DNA of 64,000 nt, from the NCBI GenBank assembly GCA_038230075.1, contig JBBRNV010000001.1, positions 114,667 through 178,666 on the forward strand. Reading direction: 5' to 3'. Every line of letters starts with the position of its first letter. Position 1 is the stretch's first letter. Source of the stretch: Minisyncoccia bacterium. GTDB lineage: Bacteria; Patescibacteriota; Minisyncoccia; Phycocordibacterales; CALRBL01. Both the position numbers and the translations under genes were made by a program. The notes under the pieces are model-generated. The model saw only the letters and a program-made list of their open reading frames with translations, searched no databases and was not told where the DNA came from. Positions 1 to 10,346 of the stretch are shown here, in pieces.

Positions 1-284
1 AGGCTAGTTTGGAAACATTAGCTATTGTTCTCTATAGAGGTCCGGCAAATCGTCGAGAAATAGAACATATTCGAGGAGTAAATTGTCAAAGCATCTTACG
101 ATCACTTGAAACAAGAGGCTTAATTGAGCGAGTTGATGAAAGTGGAAGAAGTCCTAAATATAAAGGATCAATGGAATTATTGTCGATGCTTGGTATCAGT
201 TCTTGGAATGATATGCCTGAATTTGAAACTATTCAAAAGGAATTAACAAAAGTTGTAGAGGTGGTGATAACAGAACAGGAGTAA
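1..284 (+). CDS. scpB: SMC-Scp complex subunit ScpB, 5'-partial (runs off window start)
   Basis: LETLAIVLYRGP..R.EIEHIRGVN...L..RGLI is the ScpB C-terminal winged-helix signature. Confidence 0.9.
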   Translation, partial: ASLETLAIVLYRGPANRREIEHIRGVNCQSILRSLETRGLIERVDESGRSPKYKGSMELLSMLGISSWNDMPEFETIQKELTKVVEVVITEQE

Positions 285-285
285 T

Positions 286-1227
286 ATGAATAAGCGATGG
301 TCATTATACATAGTCTCACTACTTACCATCGTTACTCTTTCGGTGCTTGTTGTATATATTCCTCAAAAACAACACGCAGAGGAAGAAAGACAGGCTCAAA
401 TTGCGTACGAACAAAAAGTTGCTGAGTGGAAAACACTTAGTCAACTCACTTTCAAAAACACACCGACTCAAGCAAAAGCTATTGCGATTTATAATATTGA
501 ACGAAAAGAACTTTTATACGGACAAAATGAAAATACTCCGCTTCCACTTGCTTCAATTACAAAGTTAATGACAGCACTTGTTTCAGCAATGAATTTAGAT
601 AGAAATGAAGTGGTAACCGTAACAGACCAAGCACTACAAGAAGAGGGTGAATACGGATTACAAAAAGATGAACGATGGAGTAGGGGACAACTTAACGATT
701 TCACTCTTATTAATTCATCAAATGACGGAGCAAAAGCTCTCGCAATTGCAACGGAAATAAAAACAGGGAGAAGATTTGAAAAAAGTATGAATGAAGAAGC
801 GACGTTACTTCAACTAAAAAGTATGCATTTTAATAATCCAACAGGTTTAGACATTGAAGAAGTACATCGAGCAGGTGGATACGGAAGCGCGCTCGATGCT
901 GCAAAACTAGAAGCTTATATACTAGACGCATATCCAGACGTTCTTGAGAAAACTTCAACTGCACACACAACAATTACATCACTTGCCGGTATTCCTCATT
1001 TTGCTGACAATACAAACGAAGCGATTACTCAAATACCAAACATAATTGCGTCGAAAACTGGCTTTACCACATTAGCAGGAGGAAACTTAGTCTTCACCAT
1101 ACGCATTAACAACGAACGATATGTAATCTCAATATTAGGCTCTACCAAAGATGCACGCTTTAGTGATGCAATCGCACTGGCATCATCCACAAGAGCAGTT
1201 TTGCAAAATCAGCCAAAAAGCCTATAA
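286..1227 (+). CDS. D-alanyl-D-alanine carboxypeptidase (peptidase S11), N-terminal membrane anchor
   Basis: SxxK (ASITK), SxN (SSN), NPTGLD and KTG motifs. Confidence 0.9.
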   Translation: MNKRWSLYIVSLLTIVTLSVLVVYIPQKQHAEEERQAQIAYEQKVAEWKTLSQLTFKNTPTQAKAIAIYNIERKELLYGQNENTPLPLASITKLMTALVSAMNLDRNEVVTVTDQALQEEGEYGLQKDERWSRGQLNDFTLINSSNDGAKALAIATEIKTGRRFEKSMNEEATLLQLKSMHFNNPTGLDIEEVHRAGGYGSALDAAKLEAYILDAYPDVLEKTSTAHTTITSLAGIPHFADNTNEAITQIPNIIASKTGFTTLAGGNLVFTIRINNERYVISILGSTKDARFSDAIALASSTRAVLQNQPKSL

Positions 1228-1228
1228 T
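1201..1228 (+). promoter_or_regulatory. sigma70-type promoter for a probably leaderless mraY transcript
   Basis: TTGCAA-16 nt-TATAAT, then 6 nt to the ATG at 1235. Confidence 0.65.
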
Positions 1229-1234
1229 TGAGCC

Positions 1235-2302
1235 ATGATTTTAAGCGTAGTCAAAGTCTTTATTCCAGCCGTCTTATCGTTTTTTATTGGCATCGCAACA
1301 ACTCCTTTCTTAACAGACTTTTTCTACAGACATAAACTGTGGAAACGACGACCTCGAAGTATTGAAAGAACAGAAGAATGGAAAGATCAACTCTCACCAG
1401 ATTTTAAAAAAATTCATGATAGGGAAAAAGAATTATCAACTCCTCGAGTGGGGGGAATCATTATTTGGCTTTCGGTCTTAATCACTATTATTCTTTTGTA
1501 TCTTAACGGTATTATTTTTAAAACTGATCTTTCACTTAAATTAAACTTCTTAAGTAAGAATCAAACAATTCTTCCACTCATCGCTTTATTTTTTGGTTCA
1601 ATCATTGGATTATTTGATGACCTCCTTCAAATTTACGGAGATGCAACTATTCATGCCGACGGCCTTTCTCGTAAGTATCGCATCTGGATCATTCTTCTTA
1701 TTGCATCAGTGAGCGCGTGGTGGTTTTTCTTTAAACTAGGAAGTTTCTCAACCCATATTCCATTTGTTGGCGATATTGATCTTGGCCTCTTTTTCATTCC
1801 ATTCTTTATTCTGGTTATGCTTGGAGTATTTTCAGGATCAGTCATTGATGGAATTGATGGCTTAGCCGGCGGGGTAATGGCATCTATTTTTGGAGCATAT
1901 ATGGTGATTGCATTCATGCAGAGCCAAATCGACATAGCAGCATTTTGTGCCGTAGTTATTGGAGGAATATTGGCTTTTCTTTGGTTCAACATTCCGCCAG
2001 CTCGATTTATTATGGGTGAAACCGGTATGTTAGGACTTACCGTAACGATTTCAATCGTGGCATTCTTAACAAAACAAGTACTGGTACTTCCTATCATTGC
2101 GTTTCCACTGTTAGCGACATCACTTTCATCAAGTATTCAAATGTTTTCAAAGAAGTATTTCAAGAAAAAAGTATTTCTTGTTGCACCGCTTCATCATCAT
2201 TTCGAAGCATTAGGGTGGCCATCATATAAAGTAACAATGCGATACTGGATCATTTCAATCATCTGCGCAATGCTTGGTATCATGTTTGCATTGGTTGGTT
2301 AA
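1235..2302 (+). CDS. mraY: phospho-N-acetylmuramoyl-pentapeptide transferase
   Basis: TPRVGG, GLFDD, DGIDGL, PARFIMGETG, APLHHHFE; polytopic membrane protein. Confidence 0.95.
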   Translation: MILSVVKVFIPAVLSFFIGIATTPFLTDFFYRHKLWKRRPRSIERTEEWKDQLSPDFKKIHDREKELSTPRVGGIIIWLSVLITIILLYLNGIIFKTDLSLKLNFLSKNQTILPLIALFFGSIIGLFDDLLQIYGDATIHADGLSRKYRIWIILLIASVSAWWFFFKLGSFSTHIPFVGDIDLGLFFIPFFILVMLGVFSGSVIDGIDGLAGGVMASIFGAYMVIAFMQSQIDIAAFCAVVIGGILAFLWFNIPPARFIMGETGMLGLTVTISIVAFLTKQVLVLPIIAFPLLATSLSSSIQMFSKKYFKKKVFLVAPLHHHFEALGWPSYKVTMRYWIISIICAMLGIMFALVG

Positions 2303-2343
2303 AAGTTTACTCGGTTTGTGTTAGCGGCGAACAGAACATTATC

Positions 2344-3462
2344 ATGTCATCACTTCTTTCAAAAAAATTACACGTCGATCGACCACTTCTCATTGGAGTA
2401 TTTGTGCTCATTGTTGTTGGTCTTCTTGTCTTTAGTTCAGCGTCACTGGGTCTTCTTGCTCGAAATCCTGAAATCTTTAAGTCGGTAAAAATGAATCAAC
2501 TTGTTCTTGGTTTAGGATGCGGATCTATTGCTATGTTTATTGCTGTGAGACTTCCGTATCGAATCTATCGAACATACGCTTTATGGATTTATATTATAGG
2601 AATTATTTCACTTATCGCAGTTTTTATTCCACATATTGGAATGAATCACGGAGGAGCACGTCGTTGGGTGGATATAGGATCATTTTCATTTCAGCCATCA
2701 GAAGTATACAAACTGGCTTTCATTATTTATTTCGCAACGTGGCTTGCGGGAGTTAAACAAAAAGTCACAACTTTTAAATACGGCATGCTTCCGTATCTTA
2801 TTGTTACTGGAATTTCAGGTGCGCTTATTTTGGCCCAACCAGACACCGCAACATTTGGAGTAATCGCCATGGCAGGAACTGCAATGTATATAAGTGCCGG
2901 AGCAAAGTGGCGTTATATTTTTGCCATGGGTTTAATTGGAATATTGGCAATTGGAATTCTTGCGCTCACGAGACCATATATTAGAGATCGAATTCACACC
3001 TTCATTAATCCAACCAATGATCCAAGTGGTAAAGGATATCAAATTCAACAATCATTAATTGCCATAGGATCAGGTGGTGTGCTTGGAAGAGGCTTCGGAC
3101 AAAGTGTGCAAAAATTTGGATTCGTTCCTGAACCAATTGGAGACTCAATTTTCGCAATCGCAGGAGAAGAGTTCGGTTTTGTTGGCTCATCGCTTATTAT
3201 TTTGCTCTATCTCTTTTTTGCACTTCGAGGTCTCGTTATTGCGTCTCGAATTCAAGACGCATTTGGTAGACTGCTTATCATTGGAATTGTTATACTAATA
3301 ACCGCAGGTTCAATGGTAAATATTGCCTCCATGCTCGGTATCATTCCACTGTCAGGTATTCCGCTTTTGTTTATGAGCCACGGAGGAACAGCTTTATTCT
3401 TTACCCTTATCTCAGTTGGTATCATGTTGAACGTCTCAAAATATCAAGTCAAAAAAATATAA
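2344..3462 (+). CDS. ftsW: SEDS peptidoglycan glycosyltransferase FtsW
   Basis: GARRW, QPSE, QPD, GYQ..QSLIAIGSGG, GEEFG, SHGG; lies between mraY and murG. Confidence 0.92.
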   Translation: MSSLLSKKLHVDRPLLIGVFVLIVVGLLVFSSASLGLLARNPEIFKSVKMNQLVLGLGCGSIAMFIAVRLPYRIYRTYALWIYIIGIISLIAVFIPHIGMNHGGARRWVDIGSFSFQPSEVYKLAFIIYFATWLAGVKQKVTTFKYGMLPYLIVTGISGALILAQPDTATFGVIAMAGTAMYISAGAKWRYIFAMGLIGILAIGILALTRPYIRDRIHTFINPTNDPSGKGYQIQQSLIAIGSGGVLGRGFGQSVQKFGFVPEPIGDSIFAIAGEEFGFVGSSLIILLYLFFALRGLVIASRIQDAFGRLLIIGIVILITAGSMVNIASMLGIIPLSGIPLLFMSHGGTALFFTLISVGIMLNVSKYQVKKI

Positions 3463-3463
3463 T

Positions 3464-4621
3464 ATGAAAATCTTATTAACAGGAGGAGCAACAGGTGGTC
3501 ACTTTTATCCACTCATTGCAGTTGCTGAGGAAATCAGAGAAGTGGCACGAGAACGAAAACTACTTTCACCAAAACTCTATTTCATGTCGAACACTCCATA
3601 TAACCCGAGTATCTTATTTGATAATGATATTACATATGTGTATGCCGGGGCAGGGAAGATACGAAGAAACATGGGTCCGCTCAATTTGATTAAAAACTTC
3701 TTTGATCTTTTCGCAACTTTTTTTGGCATCGTCAAAGCAACTATTACCATGTTCTCAATTTATCCAGACGTTGTTTTTGGAAAAGGAGGATATGCAAGTT
3801 TTCCAGCTCTTTTTGCAGCAAAACTTCTTCGAATTCCCGTTGTCATTCACGACAGCGATTCACAACCTGGCATGGTTACAACGTGGGCTGGAAAGTTTGC
3901 AGAGCGAGTTGCACTTTCATATCCTGATGCTGCAGATTACTTTCCCATCGCAAAAAAGAAAAATCGAATTGCTTGGACGGGAAATCCTATTCGACGAGAA
4001 ATAATTACGCCCATCACCTCTGGTGCACATGAATTTTTAAATCTCGAAGAAAATACTCCTGTTATTTTAGTCTATTGTGGTTCACAAGGTTCTCAATTTA
4101 TTAACGATGCAATTCTTCGAGCACTTCCAAAATTAGTTGAGAAATTTCAAATCATTCACACAACAGGAAAATTAAATTATAAAGAAGTGAAGGGTGAGGC
4201 AGATGTTATTTTAGAAGGAAACTTAAAGAGCGGGCGATACAAAGCATTCGATTATTTAAACGCATTATCACTTCGAATGTCAGTTGGTGTTTCAAATCTT
4301 GTCATCGCGCGAGCTGGATCTTCTATTTTTGAAATTGCTGCGTGGGGGCTTCCAAGTATTATTGTTCCCATTCCAGAAAGCGTCAGTCACGATCAGAAAC
4401 ATAATGCATTTAACTATGCACGAACAGGAGCAGCTGTAGTAATTGAACAAAACAATCTAACGCCTGAAATATTAATTTCTGAATGTGAACGAATTATTGA
4501 AAACAAAGAAAAGACTCAAAAAATGAGTGATGCCGCAAGAAAATTCGCCAAATTAGATGCAGGCAAGAAAGTAGCAGAAGCTATCATAGAAATTGCTTTG
4601 AAACACGAGAGTAAAGACTAA
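3464..4621 (+). CDS. murG: lipid II GlcNAc transferase MurG
   Basis: GGATGGHFYP, GGYAS, TGNPIR, GSQG, HDQKHNA. Confidence 0.95.
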   Translation: MKILLTGGATGGHFYPLIAVAEEIREVARERKLLSPKLYFMSNTPYNPSILFDNDITYVYAGAGKIRRNMGPLNLIKNFFDLFATFFGIVKATITMFSIYPDVVFGKGGYASFPALFAAKLLRIPVVIHDSDSQPGMVTTWAGKFAERVALSYPDAADYFPIAKKKNRIAWTGNPIRREIITPITSGAHEFLNLEENTPVILVYCGSQGSQFINDAILRALPKLVEKFQIIHTTGKLNYKEVKGEADVILEGNLKSGRYKAFDYLNALSLRMSVGVSNLVIARAGSSIFEIAAWGLPSIIVPIPESVSHDQKHNAFNYARTGAAVVIEQNNLTPEILISECERIIENKEKTQKMSDAARKFAKLDAGKKVAEAIIEIALKHESKD

Positions 4622-4710
4622 TCGTAACTTTGCGAGATTAAAGATATTTCTTGTCTAAAAAGCATGATATAGTAGGCCTACAGCGCCCAAACAGGGCCAT
4701 AAAAGACACA

Positions 4711-6087
4711 ATGGATACATTACACTCAAATACTCAAAAGGTAGTCACACGCTTCGCTCCAAGCCCTACAGGCCTTTTCCACTCTGGTAGCTATCGAACA
4801 GCTGTATTTTCATATTTATATGCCAAAAAATATAATGGTGAATTCATACTTCGAATCGAAGATACCGACAAAGAGCGTTCAACAAAAGAATATGAAGAAA
4901 ATATTATTGAAAGTTTGAAATGGCTCGATCTTCCACATGACCATTTCTATCGACAATCAGATAATGTTGCGCGTCACAAAGAAGTCTTGCTGCAAATGAT
5001 TGCAGACGATAAAGCCTACATTTCAAAAGAAGAACCAAAAGTTGAAGGTGGCAGAACCGAAGTAATTCGATTTCGAAATCCAAATCGAGTTGTAACTTTT
5101 CACGACATCATTCGAGGAGACATCAGCTTCGATACAACTGAATTAAAAGATTTTGTCATTGCAAAAAGTTTCGACGAACCACTTTTTCACCTTGCAGTTG
5201 TTGTTGATGACTTTGATGAAGGAGTAACTCACATCATTCGAGGAGAAGATCATATTTCAAATACTCCACGGCAAATTCTTATTCAAGAAGCAATTGGCGC
5301 AGCAACTCCTATGTATGCACATCTTCCACTTGTTCTTGCAGCTGATCGAACAAAACTTTCAAAACGAAAAGGAGCACTTTCAATGACTGAGTATCGAAAA
5401 AAAGGATACGAAGCTGCTGCGTTATTAAATTATATGTCACTTATTGGTTGGAATCCTGGCACTGATCGAGAATATTTTACAAAAGACGAATTAATCGTTG
5501 AATTCGATCTTGCACGTGTACAAAAAAGTGGAGCAATATTTGATGATGTAAAACTACAATCAATCAACAGACATTATCTTTTAGAACTTAGTGATGAAGA
5601 ATTTGAAAAGCGAACAAAAGAATTCTTACCGGAATCGATCACTTCACTTCCTACATTTAATACTCGAAAGGAAAAGTTCTTCAAGAATCTTCGAGAGCGC
5701 ATTTCATATTTCGGAGAAGTCACAACTCTTTCTGATCTTGGTGAATTTGATTACTTCTTCTCAGACCCCGTGTATGCAGTCGAACAACTCTTGTGTTCAG
5801 AAAAGATGAGAAAAAACGTGGTAATTACCATGTCTGATATTTCAACATATCTATCTGGTGTCGTCGAAGTTCTTGAAAATTTGAACAATGAAGCATTTGA
5901 TCATTCAGAAACGGTCAAGGAAGCATTAATGCCTTATGCAGACTCACTTCATCGAGGTGGGGTATTATGGGCTACTCGAATGGCATTATCAGGAAAGGAA
6001 AAGTCTCCTGATCCATTCACCCTTATCTCACTATTTGGAAAAGATGATTCTATAACTCGTTTAAAGGCTGCGGTTGCCAAAATCTAG
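4711..6087 (+). CDS. gltX: glutamate--tRNA ligase (ATG at 4711 preferred over TTG at 4651)
   Basis: TRFAPSPTG, LRIEDTD, RGEDHISNT, KLSKR. Confidence 0.95.
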   Translation: MDTLHSNTQKVVTRFAPSPTGLFHSGSYRTAVFSYLYAKKYNGEFILRIEDTDKERSTKEYEENIIESLKWLDLPHDHFYRQSDNVARHKEVLLQMIADDKAYISKEEPKVEGGRTEVIRFRNPNRVVTFHDIIRGDISFDTTELKDFVIAKSFDEPLFHLAVVVDDFDEGVTHIIRGEDHISNTPRQILIQEAIGAATPMYAHLPLVLAADRTKLSKRKGALSMTEYRKKGYEAAALLNYMSLIGWNPGTDREYFTKDELIVEFDLARVQKSGAIFDDVKLQSINRHYLLELSDEEFEKRTKEFLPESITSLPTFNTRKEKFFKNLRERISYFGEVTTLSDLGEFDYFFSDPVYAVEQLLCSEKMRKNVVITMSDISTYLSGVVEVLENLNNEAFDHSETVKEALMPYADSLHRGGVLWATRMALSGKEKSPDPFTLISLFGKDDSITRLKAAVAKI

Positions 6088-6120
6088 AGATAGAATTGTT
6101 ATTTATTGTATACTAGAACG

Positions 6121-7437
6121 ATGAAGAAAGGCTTTTTATACATTCTTTTCATCGCAATTTCTTTTTCACTTATTCTTTCAAAGGATAGTCTTTATACTGC
6201 TGGATTTTCTTCGACACCAGTATATGCAGATGATGCAGCAGATCTTAAAAAGCAGATCGATGAACGAAATAAGAATATTGCACAACTTGAACAAGAAATT
6301 GCTGAATATACAAAATTGGTTGATAAAACAAGTGGACAAGCAAAAACACTTGCAACAAGTATTAAATCACTTCAAACACAAGGAAAAAAACTTGATCTTG
6401 ATATTAAGCTTACCAATACAAAAATCACCAACACACAACAGAAAATTACACTTCTAACCGACGATATTTCTCAAAAACAACAAGATATTGATAGAGAAAA
6501 GTCTGCTTTAATTGAAACAATAAATGCAATAGATCAGATCGACTCAACACATCCTCTTATTGCGTTTGCGAGCGCTGAAGGTGGACATTCAAAAATTGAT
6601 GGTTTATTTCAAAATGCATATTTAGGAAGCGCTATTCGTGACGATATTCAAAATCTTTTAGTTTTGAAAACAGATCTGCAAGGCAAACAAAAAGATTCAA
6701 TCGCACAGAAAGCAGATCTCATGACACTTCAAGACAATTTGAAAGATCAAAAAAGTTTAGTCTTAGATAATCAGAAACAACAAGATCAACTATTAAAAGA
6801 TACAAAAAACCAAGAATCAACGTATCAACAAATTGTGGTAGATAAACAAAAAAAGAAGGCACAGTTTGAAAAAGAGTTGTTCGACTATGAAGCTCAGCTT
6901 CAATACATTTTAAATCCTTCAAGTCTTCCAACCTCAGGATCAAGTCCACTTGCATGGCCACTTGATTCAATTTACATCACTCAACTTTTTGGAAAAACAG
7001 AAGCATCAGGAAGATTGTATGTGTCAGGAACGCATAACGGTGTCGATTTTAAAGCGACACAAGGAACAGCAGTTAAAGCAATGGGCTCAGGAACTGTTCT
7101 TGGGGTAGGTGACACCGATGTTACTTGTCCTCGGGCATCATTTGGAAGATGGGTTTTTATTAAATATAACAACGGCCTTTCTTCAACATTCGGACACCTT
7201 TCAGTTATCAAAGCTCAAATAGGAGACAAAGTAAAAACAGGGGATATTGTTGGATACAGCGGAAACACCGGATATTCAACTGGTGCCCATCTTCACGTTT
7301 CTATCTATGCTTCAGACGGGGTAGAGGTACAAACACTTCCAAGTAAGGCATGTAATGGAAAGCTCTACACTATGCCAATAGCCGCACTTAACGCCTATCT
7401 TGACCCAATGTTGTATTTTCCTCCCTATAAGAAATAA
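6121..7437 (+). CDS. exported coiled-coil + M23 metallopeptidase (EnvC/murein hydrolase-like)
   Basis: signal peptide, long coiled coil, HNGVD and HLH Zn ligands; TATACT 6 nt before ATG 6121. Confidence 0.88.
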   Translation: MKKGFLYILFIAISFSLILSKDSLYTAGFSSTPVYADDAADLKKQIDERNKNIAQLEQEIAEYTKLVDKTSGQAKTLATSIKSLQTQGKKLDLDIKLTNTKITNTQQKITLLTDDISQKQQDIDREKSALIETINAIDQIDSTHPLIAFASAEGGHSKIDGLFQNAYLGSAIRDDIQNLLVLKTDLQGKQKDSIAQKADLMTLQDNLKDQKSLVLDNQKQQDQLLKDTKNQESTYQQIVVDKQKKKAQFEKELFDYEAQLQYILNPSSLPTSGSSPLAWPLDSIYITQLFGKTEASGRLYVSGTHNGVDFKATQGTAVKAMGSGTVLGVGDTDVTCPRASFGRWVFIKYNNGLSSTFGHLSVIKAQIGDKVKTGDIVGYSGNTGYSTGAHLHVSIYASDGVEVQTLPSKACNGKLYTMPIAALNAYLDPMLYFPPYKK

Positions 7438-7491
7438 GAATGGAATATCGGCAAGTATCAGAAGTAGAGCCTAATATGCTATTGTGTAGCA

Positions 7492-9363
7492 ATGTGTGGA
7501 ATCGCAGGAATACTAGGAAAAACCAATAAAGGCGAGCATTTAATTCACGAAATGGTGGATGCAATAACGCATCGTGGACCAGATGAGTTCGGATACTATA
7601 CTGACAAAGATTTTTCAATGGGAATGAGGCGGCTAAGTATTATCGATCTTGGCGGAGGTCATCAACCAATTGAAAATGAAGATGGAAATCTAACCATTGT
7701 TTTCAACGGAGAAATTTATAACTATCGAGAGCTTCGAAAGACTCTTAAACAGAAAGGTCATCAGTTTACAACTCAAAGTGATACAGAGGTTGTTCTTCAT
7801 CTATATGAAGAATATGGATCGAAAATGTTAACACTTCTTCGAGGAATGTTTACGTTTGCAATTTACAACAAAACAACCAAAGAAGTTTTTATCGCTAGAG
7901 ATTACTTTGGTATCAAACCACTTTACTATTTAGTTGATAGAAACAATGTCGTAGCCTTCGCTTCAGAAATTAAAAGTTTACTACTTCATCCAGCTGCACG
8001 AAAAGAAGTAAATGAAGAAGCGATCTTTCAATATCTTTCATATCAATATAATCCTCTTCAAGAAACATTCTTCAAAAATATTTGGAAATTGCCCCCAGGA
8101 CATTTTCTTCGAGTAAATATTGCTGAGCTTAAAGTGTGCGAACAACAGTATTGGGGCTATCAATTTCATCAAGAAAACATTTCTGAAAAAGTATTAGCAA
8201 AACAACTTCTTGAACACCTGCGAGAAAGCGTTCGTGCTCACATGATTGCCGATGTTCCTGTTGGAGCATTCCTAAGTGGAGGAATCGACAGTGCTGTCAT
8301 TGTTTCATTAATGGCCAGAGAAACGGAGCAGAAAATTAATACCTTTACGGTAACCTTCGATTCAGTCAGCGAAGCAAATGAAGCTCGTGTCATCGCAAAA
8401 GCCTTAAAGACAAACCACCAAGAAATAAATGTTACTCGAGCTGATTTCATGAACGCGCTTCCTAACATGGTGTGGCATTTTGACGAACCTGTCGCAGACC
8501 CTTCTGCGGTTGGTCTTTATTTCTTAGCAAAAGAAGCTCGAAAGAAAGTAAAGGTTGTTCTTTCTGGCGAAGGATCAGATGAATTATTTGGTGGTTACAA
8601 TATTTATCGAGAGCCACTTGCGCTTTCTGTTAGTAACTTTATTCCGAAGTTTTTACGAAAATTGATTATCAAACCTCTTGTTACTTCAAGTCTGAACTTC
8701 TACGGAAAGAACTATCTAAAACGTTTTTTAACACCTGTCGAAGAACGATATATTGGAAATGCTCGCGTCTTTCAACCAGATGAAGTCAAAAAGCTATGGA
8801 GAGGAAGAAACTATATTCAAGAGGCAGGTTCATTTGAAAAAACTCTTCCCAGTATGCAAGCGTACAAACAAGCTGAACGAAATGGAGCCCATTCAGATTC
8901 TGCCAAAATGCAATACATCGATATTAATTATTGGATGCCAGGAGACATTCTTCAAAAGGCTGACAAAATGACCATGGCTCATTCACTCGAACTACGAGTG
9001 CCGTTTCTCGATATAGATATTGCTCGAATTTCTTCACGAATTCCAGATTCACTCAAGTATAAGAATGGCATGACAAAGTATATTCTTCGTCGAGCAGTCA
9101 GGGGCATTATTCCTAAAGAGTCTTCAAACAGAAAGAAACTTGGCTTTCCAACAGCGCTTAAATTGTGGCTTCGAGAAGATCCAGTGATGCTCAAAACTAT
9201 TCGTGATACAATTTCATCTAACAGACATTTAAAGAAATATATCGATCTTGCCTCAGTTATGGGAATGATTGAAGAACACAGTAAAACAAATGCTGATCAT
9301 TCACGAAAAATATATTTACTGTACATCTTGTCGTTATGGTTTAATAAATTTTTAGATAAGTAA
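7492..9363 (+). CDS. asnB: asparagine synthase (glutamine-hydrolysing)-family amidotransferase
   Basis: MCGIAG N-terminal nucleophile, HRGPD, RRLSIID, NGEIYN, LSGGIDS, SGEGSDE. Confidence 0.93.
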   Translation: MCGIAGILGKTNKGEHLIHEMVDAITHRGPDEFGYYTDKDFSMGMRRLSIIDLGGGHQPIENEDGNLTIVFNGEIYNYRELRKTLKQKGHQFTTQSDTEVVLHLYEEYGSKMLTLLRGMFTFAIYNKTTKEVFIARDYFGIKPLYYLVDRNNVVAFASEIKSLLLHPAARKEVNEEAIFQYLSYQYNPLQETFFKNIWKLPPGHFLRVNIAELKVCEQQYWGYQFHQENISEKVLAKQLLEHLRESVRAHMIADVPVGAFLSGGIDSAVIVSLMARETEQKINTFTVTFDSVSEANEARVIAKALKTNHQEINVTRADFMNALPNMVWHFDEPVADPSAVGLYFLAKEARKKVKVVLSGEGSDELFGGYNIYREPLALSVSNFIPKFLRKLIIKPLVTSSLNFYGKNYLKRFLTPVEERYIGNARVFQPDEVKKLWRGRNYIQEAGSFEKTLPSMQAYKQAERNGAHSDSAKMQYIDINYWMPGDILQKADKMTMAHSLELRVPFLDIDIARISSRIPDSLKYKNGMTKYILRRAVRGIIPKESSNRKKLGFPTALKLWLREDPVMLKTIRDTISSNRHLKKYIDLASVMGMIEEHSKTNADHSRKIYLLYILSLWFNKFLDK

Positions 9364-9367
9364 TATT

Positions 9368-9586
9368 ATGAAAAGAAATACACAACAAGGAGGTTTTATT
9401 CAACTATTAGTTTTTTTAGTAATTGTTATCTTACTTATTAAGTTTACTCCTGTTGGAAATTTCTTCACAAAAATTGTTCCTGTTGATGCATTAAACTATT
9501 TTGTAAACTTTGTTATTGGCATTTTGAAAACAGTCTTTGATTTATTTATTAAAGTTCTTGAATATTTAAAAAGTTTGATTAGTTAA
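9368..9586 (+). CDS. small membrane protein with prepilin-like leader
   Basis: MKRNTQQGG|F followed by a hydrophobic helix; 4 nt after asnB. Confidence 0.6.
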   Translation: MKRNTQQGGFIQLLVFLVIVILLIKFTPVGNFFTKIVPVDALNYFVNFVIGILKTVFDLFIKVLEYLKSLIS

Positions 9587-9596
9587 TGAAAATGTA

Positions 9597-9986
9597 ATGA
9601 ACTTTGACTTACCAACACCTGAAAGACACATATCTGAAACTGAGTGGGAATCTGTATTTGAAGAATGCTCAGTCATTCTTGAGAAGATTAAAGCTAAACC
9701 TGGGCCAGTAAGTTCAAGCTTTGAACACATCACAAACAATTGGCTCTCTACACTTAATTTTAAAGAATATTCAAAAGACATACCAGACATGAGAAGTCCA
9801 AAAATGTATGATGCTATTGTTAGTACAGTCAAAAAAGCAAAAAAATATCTAGCTCTTTTAGAAGAATTTCCCGATTTTGCCGCGAAAGAATTAAGTGAAG
9901 GAAGAGGATGCTTTCCAGAAATATACGACGAAACTCCTGATACAGAGCGACTTATTGATGGATACGAAGCGAGGTTGAGACAATAA
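9597..9986 (+). CDS. hypothetical acidic protein
   Basis: 129-aa ORF closely following the upstream gene, genome-like composition; no family recognised. Confidence 0.6.
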   Translation: MNFDLPTPERHISETEWESVFEECSVILEKIKAKPGPVSSSFEHITNNWLSTLNFKEYSKDIPDMRSPKMYDAIVSTVKKAKKYLALLEEFPDFAAKELSEGRGCFPEIYDETPDTERLIDGYEARLRQ

Positions 9987-10346
9987 AAATTCCTCAAAGA
10001 AACAATAGGGAAGTGAGTCCCCTACAAAATAACAAAAACTGTTTACGGTAATTTTGTTATAGATTTATTGAGTTAGAAGAACAGTAAAAAAGTATTTTGA
10101 TAATTCTGCTACCAGAATCTCATAGTTTAAACATGAATGTAGTCTAGACTTAACAGACCACACAGAGATTATTAAATTTAATTACACATAGAAGGTATGG
10201 GCTATATAGTAATGTCGCAAAAGATATATTGTGCGACATAGATATGTAGACTAACCGCTCGAGGATACATACACCTGTTAAGGTTTCGTACAATCCCCGA
10301 GCGATTCTGACGATGGTGAAATTTTAAAATACCAGGTGATTGAAAG

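Noticed and set aside
9987-10346. ncRNA in the 360-bp gap
   Set aside because: Contains hairpins (ATGTCGCA/TGCGACAT and others) but no recognisable family; convergent terminators suffice to explain them
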